This document shows, piece after piece, positions 55,006 to 64,000 of a stretch of DNA of 64,000 nucleotides. Every line of letters begins with the position of its first letter. Within the stretch, counting starts at the first letter, position 1. The notes below the pieces were generated by a model. That model did not search any database, was not told the DNA's origin, and saw nothing but the letters and a program-made list of their open reading frames with translations. The stretch is from Rhodothermales bacterium (lineage in GTDB: Bacteria; Bacteroidota; Rhodothermia; Rhodothermales; UBA10348): contig JANQQV010000020.1 in the NCBI GenBank assembly GCA_028284865.1, positions 368,760 through 432,759 of the forward strand. The letters are read 5' to 3'. Position numbers and translations under genes: made by a program.

Positions 55006-57042
55006 ATGGCGGAGAAGGTTCAATTCAAGCGCAATGTCGGCCTGTTCATGGCCGTGATGATTGGTATCGGCGCCATGATGGGGCCGGGCGTGTTCGCCTT
55101 GCCCAGTGTCGTAGCCATGGACGCCGGGCCGCTGGGCATTCTGGCCTATCTCTTCATGGGCCTGCTCACGCTGTTCACGGCACTGAGCTATAGCGAACTC
55201 GGTGCCGCTATCCCCATTGCAGGTGGCGGCTACTCATTCGTCAGCCGTGGACTTCCCGATCCTGTGGCCTTCCTGGCAGGGTGGTTCTTCTGGATCGGCA
55301 ATACGCTTGCCTGCTCCCTCTACGTGGTCATTTTCGCCCTGACCATCCGGGACTATTTCTTTCCGGACGCGAGCATCATCCTGATTGTGGTGGTCACAAC
55401 GCTGGTCTTTACGGCGTCCAACCTGCGCGGACAGGTCGAAGCGCTCAAGATGATCACGCTCATGAACATCGTTGAGCTCGCAGTACTCATCGGGTTGGGC
55501 GTGCTGGGCGCTTTTGCCATTGAGCCGGCCAACCTCGAGCCGTTCGCACCCATGGGATGGGAGCCGCTGATTCCGACGATGGGGCTCATCTACATCTCCT
55601 ACGTCGGTTTCGACCTGATCACCGTGGCCGCAGAGGAGATCATCGATCCCGCCAGGAATATCCCGCGTGCCATATTGATCACGCTGGGTGTGGGCATCGT
55701 GATCTACGTGCTGGTGCTCTTTGTCATGATGGGCGTCGTGAACTACACCGAGCTGGCCGAGACCGACACGCCGTTCATTTTCGTGGCCGACTTCCTGTTT
55801 GGCGGCTGGGGCCGCACGGCCGGCATCATTGCCACCATCATGGCCAGTTTGTCAGCATTCTCTGTCACCCTCGGAGCGAGCTCCCGTGTCCTGTATGCTC
55901 TTGGACGGGACGGGCACTTCCCCGGCGTGTTCTCGCGGCTGCACACGCGGTTCAAGACGCCCCACATCGCCCTTTTCGTTTGTGCGGCGCTGGTCATGGT
56001 GTTTGGAGCCACGGGCATCGTCAACATTCTGGCCTCCGCCAGCAGCTTCGGCTACCTCGTCGCCATCGGCATCGTCAACTACGCGGTCATCGCGTTGCAC
56101 AACAAGATGCCCAATCTCAGGCGGCCGTTCAAAGTGATCATGTACCCGGTCGTTCCGGTGCTGGGTATCATCTCTTGTTGGTTTTTCGTACCCATGCTGG
56201 AGCCCCAGAGCCTGCTTCTAGGCGCTGCGCTGGCCGGTGTAGGCGGCATCCTCTACTTCGTGATGCCTGCCAACAGGGACCTGGTCAAACGATTACCGGA
56301 ACTTGTTCACCACATCAAAACACGACTTCGCATCTGGAGGAGACCCAACATGCAGGTACTCATCATTGGAGGCGGCAATCAGGGGATGAACATTGCGGAT
56401 CGACTCATCAAGCAGGATGAGTTCCGCATGATCTTCCGATCCGCCGAATACAAAGTGACGTTTGTCGAGAAAGATGAGGCTCGATGCGAAGAGCTGGAGC
56501 GGCGCTACAGCGTGCCCATTTTCCACGGTGATGGGACCAAGCTGGAGATTCTCGATCAGGTGGAACCCCAGAAAATGGATGTGGCCATTGCTGCTACCAA
56601 TCACGACGATCGCAACACGATCATGGCGTTGCAAGCACAGCGGTTGGGCATTCCACGGGTGATTGCCATCGCCCGGGATCCAGACTACGTCGAGTTACTG
56701 AAGTCCAGAGGCATCGTGTGTATCAGCGCGCCGTACGCTACGGCGGCAATGGTCGAGAATCACCTGGATCGTCCGGGAGTGGCCGATCTGTTCGAATTTG
56801 AATCCGGTGTGGCCAGTCTGATCGACATGCGCGTGCCAGAGAATGCACGCGTCGTCGGGAAGCGCATCAGCGATATCAACATTCCGTCGCAGTGCGTCGT
56901 TGCCGCCGTGATCAGGGACAAGGAGTTTGTCGTCCCGAGAGGCGATACGGAAGTCAAGGGAAACGACTACGTTGTTTTCGTAGGCCCCGTCGACTCGGTC
57001 CAGTCCGCTCACGCTGTGTTCTCGGAGTCCAAGACGGCTTGA
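55006..57042 (+). CDS. APC-family amino acid/cation permease fused to TrkA-type RCK_N + RCK_C domains
   Basis: IGAMMGPGVF, YSELGAAIPIAGGGY and AEEIIDPARNIPRAI (APC, about 12 TM); VLIIGGGNQG (RCK_N Rossmann); VAAVIRDKEFVVPRGDTEV (RCK_C). Confidence 0.88.
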   Translation: MAEKVQFKRNVGLFMAVMIGIGAMMGPGVFALPSVVAMDAGPLGILAYLFMGLLTLFTALSYSELGAAIPIAGGGYSFVSRGLPDPVAFLAGWFFWIGNTLACSLYVVIFALTIRDYFFPDASIILIVVVTTLVFTASNLRGQVEALKMITLMNIVELAVLIGLGVLGAFAIEPANLEPFAPMGWEPLIPTMGLIYISYVGFDLITVAAEEIIDPARNIPRAILITLGVGIVIYVLVLFVMMGVVNYTELAETDTPFIFVADFLFGGWGRTAGIIATIMASLSAFSVTLGASSRVLYALGRDGHFPGVFSRLHTRFKTPHIALFVCAALVMVFGATGIVNILASASSFGYLVAIGIVNYAVIALHNKMPNLRRPFKVIMYPVVPVLGIISCWFFVPMLEPQSLLLGAALAGVGGILYFVMPANRDLVKRLPELVHHIKTRLRIWRRPNMQVLIIGGGNQGMNIADRLIKQDEFRMIFRSAEYKVTFVEKDEARCEELERRYSVPIFHGDGTKLEILDQVEPQKMDVAIAATNHDDRNTIMALQAQRLGIPRVIAIARDPDYVELLKSRGIVCISAPYATAAMVENHLDRPGVADLFEFESGVASLIDMRVPENARVVGKRISDINIPSQCVVAAVIRDKEFVVPRGDTEVKGNDYVVFVGPVDSVQSAHAVFSESKTA

Positions 57043-57461
57043 GCCCTGTCCATCCGCTCGAAGGCTTCCGTAGCCTTGATTTCTGCGACCTTTTCAGCCA
57101 CCACCCAGCGTAGGCCCCAGCAGAAGAAATAGAAGGGCACGAATACACCGAGTCCGTACATCCAGGTGATCATGCGGGGATCCATTGTGATGCTTCTTGG
57201 AAGCAGATACCCGGCGAGAACCAAAACGACCAATGCTGCCGTCGTTTTGTACCAGCGCGCCTTGAAGAGCTCGACGACGATCAAAGGCACAAACACGATC
57301 ATCAACAGATAGAGCGCCGTAATCACCAACTGGATGGGTGCAAAGAACATGAGCACGATGCCCCAGCCCGACTTCACTTCGTAGCTCAGCCATCGATCCA
57401 GGCGAACAAGCGCCTCTTCTTCCCGGCTGCGCATCCCGAGCATGACGTGCGACTCATTCAT
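57009..57461 (-). CDS. Hypothetical membrane protein
   Basis: Three to four TM helices; ATGA overlap with the isochorismatase gene; 34-bp 3' overlap with the convergent permease. Confidence 0.6.
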   Translation of the reverse strand: MNESHVMLGMRSREEEALVRLDRWLSYEVKSGWGIVLMFFAPIQLVITALYLLMIVFVPLIVVELFKARWYKTTAALVVLVLAGYLLPRSITMDPRMITWMYGLGVFVPFYFFCWGLRWVVAEKVAEIKATEAFERMDRAQAVLDSENTA

Positions 57462-58048
57462 GGCGTGAGTCCTTCTCCACCCTGCTCCACCTCTCTGCCG
57501 GCTCGGGCATCCGGAAGCAAATCGTCGAGATCAACAATCTGCGCGATCTCGCGACCCAGGTACCGTAGCGTCACGTCATGGTGCTCGAGGTCCCACGAAC
57601 TGACACAATCCTCCACGATGGTCACTTCCAGGTCCCGCTGGTACGCGTCGATGGCAGCCATGCGAACGCATGCATGGGTATTGATGCCAGCCAGGACCAG
57701 ATGCGTAATGCCTGCATCTGCCAATTCGCTCTCCAGATCCGTTCCATGGAAGGCGCTGTAGCGCTTCTTGATGACTTCAGCGTCACTTGGATAGCGATCC
57801 AAATCGCTCAGGATCTCAGCGCCCGGCGTACCCGCCATTGTCATGCGGATCTGTTTCTGCCTCATCACGGGAAAGGCGTCGGACAGATCATCTTTAAACT
57901 CCTGCCGAACCCAGATGACCGGATGTCCTCGTTCCCTGGACCATCGCACCAGTTGATTAATTGCGGCAACGAGTTCCTTGCGTTGGCTCCGCAAGGGATC
58001 GTCCTGGAAGAAATCCTCCAGCATATCGATGACCAGTAGCGCTGTCAT
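57458..58048 (-). CDS. Isochorismatase-family cysteine hydrolase
   Basis: ALLVIDM, KKRYSAFHGT and GINTHACV (Asp-Lys-Cys triad). Confidence 0.92.
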   Translation of the reverse strand: MTALLVIDMLEDFFQDDPLRSQRKELVAAINQLVRWSRERGHPVIWVRQEFKDDLSDAFPVMRQKQIRMTMAGTPGAEILSDLDRYPSDAEVIKKRYSAFHGTDLESELADAGITHLVLAGINTHACVRMAAIDAYQRDLEVTIVEDCVSSWDLEHHDVTLRYLGREIAQIVDLDDLLPDARAGREVEQGGEGLTP

Positions 58049-58090
58049 TGCCGCGTTCGTTCCCCGGTTTTCAATGATCGACCGCTTCCA

Positions 58091-58594
58091 TCAACGGACG
58101 CGATCCGAAACAACAGGATGCAGCACCGCACCGGCATTCACAAATCCGCGCAGCTCTGATGACGGGCGTCCCACATCAACTCGTGTGTAAGCATCAGAGT
58201 CGAATATGGCTCGGAAGATGACCTCCCTGTCGGCCCAGCGTGCTGAATCGGCGTATTCGGTCATGAGCATGATATCCCAGCCCAGACCGGAGTCCGGCTC
58301 AGCGATGAGTGCATTGAACGACAGCACATCGCCATTCGCCAAGGCGATTTCCCTCGCCTGCGCCCAGTTCTCACGAATATTCCGGAGATACAGCTCCTCG
58401 CCGTCGGGAAGCAGCCGGATGAAGTCCACTGCCCAAATGGCCGTGGAATGGTCCGCCAGATCTTCAGGTCCATTCACCTGCGACGACGGGCCAGCCGGCT
58501 GGTCGGTGCACGCACTGATCATCATGATGGGAATGATCAACAAAATGGCGAACGCGCGTAGACGCTTGAGAAGGCCGAGACGTATGGAATCCAT
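58091..58594 (-). CDS. Hypothetical lipoprotein (dimeric alpha/beta-barrel-like)
   Basis: Lipobox ISAC; YLRNIRENW...WDIMLMTEY. Confidence 0.6.
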   Translation of the reverse strand: MDSIRLGLLKRLRAFAILLIIPIMMISACTDQPAGPSSQVNGPEDLADHSTAIWAVDFIRLLPDGEELYLRNIRENWAQAREIALANGDVLSFNALIAEPDSGLGWDIMLMTEYADSARWADREVIFRAIFDSDAYTRVDVGRPSSELRGFVNAGAVLHPVVSDRVR

Positions 58595-58695
58595 GATGCT
58601 GTGAGCGGGTCAGTTGGAGAACAGGTTGCCGGGGAAGATCGATGTCTTAGATTAGCCTTCGACCCGCAGAATATCCTGTCATTCGGTATCCAGAA

Positions 58696-58890
58696 ATGAA
58701 AACCCTCAAATGCGACTTGTGTGACGCGACGGCATCAGCCGACACTTTCGAACAATGGATGCAGGCCTTGATGCCGCACTACAAGGAAGCGCACGCGGAC
58801 GTCATGAACGATCCGACAAAGACCAAAGAGGATGGCGAACGCTGGATGAAGGAAAACCGGGTTCGATTCGAGGCGGCGCCAGAAGACTGA
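58696..58890 (+). CDS. Small metal-binding protein (DUF1059-like)
   Basis: CDLC...HYKEAH C2H2 arrangement. Confidence 0.65.
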   Translation: MKTLKCDLCDATASADTFEQWMQALMPHYKEAHADVMNDPTKTKEDGERWMKENRVRFEAAPED

Positions 58891-58993
58891 GTAGTCACGA
58901 AGATGTGACACTTTCGGCACATCCGGGATGGAAGAGCTGGAGTAGGTTGTCAGCACGAACCATCACCCAGCCCCGTCCCTTCCTGCCTCAACC

Positions 58994-60604
58994 ATGCGTC
59001 GTATCTTTTTTCTATGCGCTTTTGTGCTCTTCGGCGGGTTGTCGAATCCCGTGCGCAATGACCGACCGAATGTCCTGATCATCATTTCGGATGACGTTGG
59101 ACTGGACTCCTGGGAGCGAGCAGGCATTGGCAATTCGTTTGCCAGCACACCCAACCTGGACACCCTGGCCGATCAAGGGCTCACGTTCCGCAATGCGTGG
59201 ACGACGCCGACCTGCTCCCCGACTCGAGCGGCCCTCCTTTCTGGCCTGATCGGCAGCAAGAACGGCGTACTGGAGGTAGGCGACCAACTGGACCCTTCCT
59301 TCGAGACCCTGTTTGAGGCCGTGGACCGGCACACGGGAGGCGAATACGCAATCGGTGCCTTCGGGAAATGGCACATCGGTCCCAACCGGGACCTCGACAA
59401 TCCGAACGAACAGGGAGCGCACCATTTTCACGGATACATGGGTGGCGCGCCAAGTGACTACTCGAATTGGGATCAGGTCATCAATGGGTCTTCTTCGGAG
59501 ACCACGACCTATCTCACAACCGACATCACCTCTGCGGCCATCGACTGGAAACAGCAGCAGACCGGTCCGTGGATGATATGGATGGCGCACGCGGCCGCGC
59601 ACACGCCGTTTCATGCGCCCCCTGATTCGCTCCACACGCGCACATCCTTGGCAAGCGATCGGGATCAGTATCTGGCCATGATCGAGGCCTTGGACGCAGA
59701 GACCGGCCGGCTGGTTGATTCGCTTTCGCCCGCGGAAAGAGAAAACACGATCATCTTCTACGTCGGCGACAACGGGACGCCTGTTGGCGTTCTGGAAGGC
59801 TATCCGAATCGACGCGGAAAAGGCACCTTGTATCAGGGAGGAGTGAATGTGCCATTCATCGTTTCTGGTTTCGGGGTGACTCGCTCCGGTGAAATCGACC
59901 AGGCCCTTGTCCACACCATGGACATCCATGCAACGGTTCTTGATCTCCTCGGTGTGGAGCTGAATGGAGGGGTGAACAACAGCTTCAGCCTGGAGGAGCG
60001 CCTTCTCGATGCCTCCGGACGATCGCGTCCCTATCTGCTCACGGAGACAGGAAATGGGGCCGACTACCAGGTGGCCATTCGCGACGATCAATACAAAGTG
60101 ATCCGGCAATCCTCCGGCGAGACAACCTTCTTTGACCTCCTCGATGATCCGTTCGAGCGCACAGACCTCGCATCAATGACACTCTCGGCCGATCTGCAGT
60201 CCCGCTTGGACCAGTTGGTGGCCGAAGCCGACGTTCAGGTCAATGGATGGTCCTGCAATGATGGAATCCAGAATGGCGACGAAGATTCCATGACGTGTGC
60301 CGTGGAAACACGCACAGAGGAAGGCCTGCCGGGCTCAGGATTTGAGCTGGGATCGGTCTATCCCAACCCGTTTGTCGATCAACTCACCATTGAATCGGAA
60401 AGCAGCATGCCGATTTCGCGAGTGACCATGTTCACGCTGACGGGACAACGCGTTCAGTCGTGGGAGGCCTTTTCGCCCGAGCAAACAATGCAGCTGCACG
60501 TGAGCTCCCTTTCGGCAGGTATGTACGTGCTCCGCATTGAAAGCCACCTGGGCGGTCAGGGCAGCGTGCCGGCCGTGGAAACACGACTCGTCACGAAGCG
60601 CTGA
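58994..60604 (+). CDS. Cys-type sulfatase with T9SS type A C-terminal domain
   Basis: PNVLIIISDD, CSPTRAALLSG, GKWH, GDNGT and KGTLYQGGVNVP; CTD SVYPNPF...TLTGQRV...LSAGMYVLRI...LVTKR. Confidence 0.9.
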   Translation: MRRIFFLCAFVLFGGLSNPVRNDRPNVLIIISDDVGLDSWERAGIGNSFASTPNLDTLADQGLTFRNAWTTPTCSPTRAALLSGLIGSKNGVLEVGDQLDPSFETLFEAVDRHTGGEYAIGAFGKWHIGPNRDLDNPNEQGAHHFHGYMGGAPSDYSNWDQVINGSSSETTTYLTTDITSAAIDWKQQQTGPWMIWMAHAAAHTPFHAPPDSLHTRTSLASDRDQYLAMIEALDAETGRLVDSLSPAERENTIIFYVGDNGTPVGVLEGYPNRRGKGTLYQGGVNVPFIVSGFGVTRSGEIDQALVHTMDIHATVLDLLGVELNGGVNNSFSLEERLLDASGRSRPYLLTETGNGADYQVAIRDDQYKVIRQSSGETTFFDLLDDPFERTDLASMTLSADLQSRLDQLVAEADVQVNGWSCNDGIQNGDEDSMTCAVETRTEEGLPGSGFELGSVYPNPFVDQLTIESESSMPISRVTMFTLTGQRVQSWEAFSPEQTMQLHVSSLSAGMYVLRIESHLGGQGSVPAVETRLVTKR

Positions 60605-60625
60605 CCAAAACGCACTCCGCCTCGG

Positions 60626-61081
60626 TCACGACGACTGACGACGCCAGACCAGGACCACCAGCCAGAAGAGAAACACCGCGACGGGAAACTTCACGTCGGT
60701 GCTCATCACCTCCATGGTCGCCTTCCGTGTCATTGGGCCGTTGGGCCTGATCGTTGCCGCCAGTTCGCCATCTTGAGCCACGATGAAGCTGCGACTCAAT
60801 GCCCACTCGCTGGTCAACACCAGTGTGCCAGAGGCCGTCGTCACGTCAAACTTGCGCCGGAACGCGTTGGGCTTCCTGCCCGACACAATCACCTCTCCTT
60901 CCCGCTCCAGGGTCCACTGCCCGCTTCCTGGACCGTGCTTTCTGATCCGGTAAAGCTCACCATCGATCAACAAATCGCATTGTTCGCTGGACCACTTCTT
61001 GTCCAGGAATGCCTGGTGCTCGCCCGCTTTCAGGAAGAAATCCCAGGAAAAGGGGTTGTCCGGTTCAGCGGAGATGATCAT
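60626..61081 (-). CDS. Hypothetical protein (LURP-one/tubby C-terminal-like)
   Basis: Alternating beta-strands (KPNAFRRKFDV) ending in a hydrophobic C-terminal helix; TGATG coupling to the upstream gene. Confidence 0.55.
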   Translation of the reverse strand: MIISAEPDNPFSWDFFLKAGEHQAFLDKKWSSEQCDLLIDGELYRIRKHGPGSGQWTLEREGEVIVSGRKPNAFRRKFDVTTASGTLVLTSEWALSRSFIVAQDGELAATIRPNGPMTRKATMEVMSTDVKFPVAVFLFWLVVLVWRRQSS

Positions 61082-62373
61082 CAGAATCGGTCTCGATTTC
61101 CAATGCCGCCGAAGCGCGGATTCACCACATTGTTGAGCACGGACCCGAACCGGTAGCGGAATCCAAAACTGATGCCCGCTTCGTAATTCGTCTCAAGCTG
61201 TCGCCTTCGCAAGAGGACTTCCTCGAGGTCCGCATCGCCTTTGGGCAGGTTGATCTGGTCATGGATGAGCTCAAGCGACCCGCCGACCTCCACCGACAGC
61301 CCGCGCGTAATGCGCACTTCGAATTCTGCATCGAATTCGACGCTGTGCCGCGATAGATCGTGCAAGTACTGGGAGGCAATGAATCCGATTTCGATCTCAC
61401 CCCAGGGCTGGACCACTTCGTACCCGGCATTGATCAGGTGCTGGGGCAAGACCTCCTGGATTTCATTGTAGATCGTCGTGTCCGCCCATGTCACATGGGA
61501 CGCTCCAAGTCGGTAGGCCACCGTCAGCTGGCGACGATTGGCTTCGCGGTAGGGATACAGACTCCACTCAACGGCAGCCATGCCTCGGTATCGCCAGTCC
61601 ACATTTGAAAACGTGGAGGTCAGCACATCACCGTAGCCCCCAATCGACCAATGCGGGGATATACTCTTGACCGCATAGCTGGTAAAGCCGTCACGACGAG
61701 CCGTACTGGTGATGATCCCGGAGCTTCGCTCGAACCGGTCGTAGTTGTAGTTGAAGAAGGGTCTCAACTGGATCTTCCACGCCTCGGTGACTCGGCTCAC
61801 ATACACACCGTAGCGCGTGTCAAACGAACGGCGCTGGGACTCGAAGTCGGCACTCCCGTCCGAGTACATCTCGATGGTCCAGTAGTCCCAAGGATCCTCC
61901 GTCACAACCTCCATCTCTTCTGACACCTCGGCAACGGGAGTCACGTCAATGCTCAACCTGTCGCGGACCGGTGTTTGGAGGAGATAGGGAACGAGCACGG
62001 CTTCCAGCGTCTCGAGAAACCCATCCCGCTGCTCAGCCTCGGTCGCGTCGGCCGTGAACGTGTAGACCGTCGAGTAATCCATTCCTTCGAATCGGCGAAG
62101 ACCGTACACATCAAAGGTGTGTGCCTGACCACCTGAGCCTGTGTTCTCCCAAGTCACCAGAACGTGAACGTCGGCGACCTCCCGGTCCCGAACGTGATCG
62201 ACGTACGGCATCTCTTCCCGAATGAACGTCTCGGGACATCGATTGCAGTCCAGAAACAGTCCGAGTCGTGCGTTTTCAGCCGCCGTCTCCTGCGAGGCAG
62301 CTGGTTGAACAAAAGCGACGCTTACCAGGATCAGCACGAAACCGATGATCCAGCATGGATGAACTCGATGCAT
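61081..62373 (-). CDS. Hypothetical outer-membrane beta-barrel protein
   Basis: Signal peptide; N-domain LFLDCNRC...DHVRDREVADVHVLVT; DPWDYW; amphipathic strands; FGSVLNNVVNPRF. Confidence 0.7.
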   Translation of the reverse strand: MHRVHPCWIIGFVLILVSVAFVQPAASQETAAENARLGLFLDCNRCPETFIREEMPYVDHVRDREVADVHVLVTWENTGSGGQAHTFDVYGLRRFEGMDYSTVYTFTADATEAEQRDGFLETLEAVLVPYLLQTPVRDRLSIDVTPVAEVSEEMEVVTEDPWDYWTIEMYSDGSADFESQRRSFDTRYGVYVSRVTEAWKIQLRPFFNYNYDRFERSSGIITSTARRDGFTSYAVKSISPHWSIGGYGDVLTSTFSNVDWRYRGMAAVEWSLYPYREANRRQLTVAYRLGASHVTWADTTIYNEIQEVLPQHLINAGYEVVQPWGEIEIGFIASQYLHDLSRHSVEFDAEFEVRITRGLSVEVGGSLELIHDQINLPKGDADLEEVLLRRRQLETNYEAGISFGFRYRFGSVLNNVVNPRFGGIGNRDRF

Positions 62374-62495
62374 GAACGATTGCTTGTGGTTCGGGTGAGA
62401 ATGGATCAAAGGCTGGGTTGGATGGGCAATAACCAGCCTCGGCAGGGCTTCTCAATGTACGCGAAAGCGAGGGATTCCTTTCCGCCAGCGCGTGC

Positions 62496-63788
62496 TCAGG
62501 CTGGCTTCGCTGCAGGGTACAACGAAGTACCCGCTACATACCCGCTGGCCCAGGCCCATTGGAAATTCAGGCCGCCGATCGGGCCGTCCACATCGCAGAT
62601 CTCGCCGCATAGGAACAGGCCAGGATGAATTCGAGATTCCATGACCTTGAGGTTCACTTCGCTGAGCGGGACCCCACCTGCTGTCACTTCAGCGTAGCGA
62701 TAGCCCCGATCCCCTGTCACGTCCAGTCGCATTTCGGTCGCAGCTCCTGTCAGGCGCTTGCGATCCGCTTTGGGCAGTTGATCTCCCATGACAGCGGCGT
62801 CGACATCCGCTACGGCAAACAGCATACTGACCATGCGATCAGGCATGTGCTGTCGCAGGTATCGGCGTACAGAACTGTGACCAAGCGATTGTAGCGCGAC
62901 GTCCAGGTCTTGCCGAGTCAGTTCGGGCAACCAGTTCATCGTCAGATAGGCCTCGGGATCAGAATGAACCAGATCCAGATAGTATCGGCTGATATCGAGG
63001 ACTGAAGGGCCTGACAAGCCGAAATGGGTACACAAGGTCGAGTCGGTGAATGCGATGATGTGCTTTCCCGTCCCTGAGTGCAGTCGGATCGTGGCGGGAA
63101 CGGTGATCCCGCTCAGCCCGCAAACAGGGTCTTCGGGCGGCAGCGTCAGCGGAACGAGAGAAGGGAACGTCCTTGTGACCGTGTGACCGAACGCTTTTGC
63201 AAACTCGAACCCTTTCCCATCCGAACCTGAACGAGGAAGACTCTTCCCTCCTGTTGCCAGCACGAGTTTGTCACACTCGATGCGCCCCCACTCGCCGCTG
63301 ACCATGAATCCACCGCCGGTGCTTTCCCCGTCGATGGCATCGCTAGCACCATCCAACCTACTGACCGATTCAATCGATTCGACCCGCCGCGGATGCATCA
63401 GGTGAACGCCCGCACGGGCCACGGCGACCTTCAGCGCTTCCAGCACGTCGCGAGCGCTGTCGGTCGTGGGAAAGAGCTTTCCTGTCTCTTCCCGCTTCAG
63501 CTCCACGCCGAGTTCGCGGAAAAACTGCACCGTTTCAGGGACGTCGAATCGACGAAGAACCTTGGCGATGGCCGATGTACTGGATCCGGCATATCGCTTC
63601 GGGTCCACTTCAAAGTGCGTGACGTTGCAACGCCCTCCTCCCGCTACCAGAATCTTGGCGCCGATTTTCTTCGCCCCATCCAACAGCAGGATCGATTTGT
63701 CGGGATACGTCCTTCCCGCCCAGATCGCTGTCATCAATCCGGCGGCACCCGCCCCCACAATCACGACATCATGTCGCTCTTCTGCCAT
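62496..63788 (-). CDS. HI0933/YhiN/BaiN-family flavoprotein oxidoreductase
   Basis: VGAGAAGL, KILVAGGGRCNVT, LATGGKSLPRSGSDGKG, THFGLSGP, VTAGGV and GEICDVDGPIGGLNFQWAWASG. Confidence 0.93.
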   Translation of the reverse strand: MAEERHDVVIVGAGAAGLMTAIWAGRTYPDKSILLLDGAKKIGAKILVAGGGRCNVTHFEVDPKRYAGSSTSAIAKVLRRFDVPETVQFFRELGVELKREETGKLFPTTDSARDVLEALKVAVARAGVHLMHPRRVESIESVSRLDGASDAIDGESTGGGFMVSGEWGRIECDKLVLATGGKSLPRSGSDGKGFEFAKAFGHTVTRTFPSLVPLTLPPEDPVCGLSGITVPATIRLHSGTGKHIIAFTDSTLCTHFGLSGPSVLDISRYYLDLVHSDPEAYLTMNWLPELTRQDLDVALQSLGHSSVRRYLRQHMPDRMVSMLFAVADVDAAVMGDQLPKADRKRLTGAATEMRLDVTGDRGYRYAEVTAGGVPLSEVNLKVMESRIHPGLFLCGEICDVDGPIGGLNFQWAWASGYVAGTSLYPAAKPA

Positions 63789-63824
63789 CTGTCTCCCCTT
63801 AGATGACCGGTAGTTTCTCGTTGG

Positions 63825-63998
63825 TCAGTTTTGCACGCGTCGTCCCGTCAGCCCCTCCACTTCGAAAGAGACAAACTCACCCGCGCCATTGGCGGAAAAC
63901 GTGAACGTCTGACCGTCTTCGGGATCGAACAATGTGGATTCGTCTTCTGCCAGAAGTAGAAATGCCTCATCCACTGGCCCGCCTGCGTCCACGTACAG
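63825..63998 (-). CDS. C-terminal fragment of a protein running off the window (DUF3471-like beta-domain)
   Basis: Hand translation ...LYVDAGGPVDEAFLLLAEDESTLFDPEDGQTFTFSANGAGEFVSFEVEGLTGRRVQN*. Confidence 0.55.
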   Translation of the reverse strand: MYVDAGGPVDEAFLLLAEDESTLFDPEDGQTFTFSANGAGEFVSFEVEGLTGRRVQN

Positions 63999-64000
63999 AT

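Noticed and set aside
57009-57042. 34-bp 3' overlap of convergent genes as antisense regulation
   Set aside because: Short convergent overlaps are common in compact genomes, and there is no further evidence.

Overview
This is a GC-rich (roughly 58-60% by eye), gene-dense bacterial chromosome segment. T9SS C-terminal sorting domains, a PorV-family barrel, HmuY, a GT3 glycogen synthase and DUF5916 suggest an FCB-group organism, plausibly Rhodothermota-like (inference). It holds about 60 CDS and two tRNAs (Leu-CAG, Asn-GTT). No integrase, transposase or CRISPR array was seen. The most notable element is a LacI-controlled beta-glucan utilisation locus at 20.1-36.4 kb that has no SusD. It encodes a T9SS GH16 glucanase, a T9SS CBM9-like protein and a TonB-dependent receptor, followed in a tight operon by a 1143-aa Ca-motif-rich protein with an atypical sorting domain, its own PorV-like barrel and a parvulin PPIase lipoprotein. 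A divergent SGNH/TPR protein sits on the other side of lacI, and three copies of the operator TGAAAAC(C/G)TTTTCA link these parts. Other highlights are an APC permease-TrkA(RCK) fusion with an internal RBS+ATG at the RCK boundary, a multi-hairpin leader before a voltage-gated K+ channel, two membrane-bound wHTH one-component regulators, a divergent xylose isomerase-xylulokinase pair and an unannotated 48-aa glycine-zipper ORF. All calls come from motif reading by eye; no database search was run.
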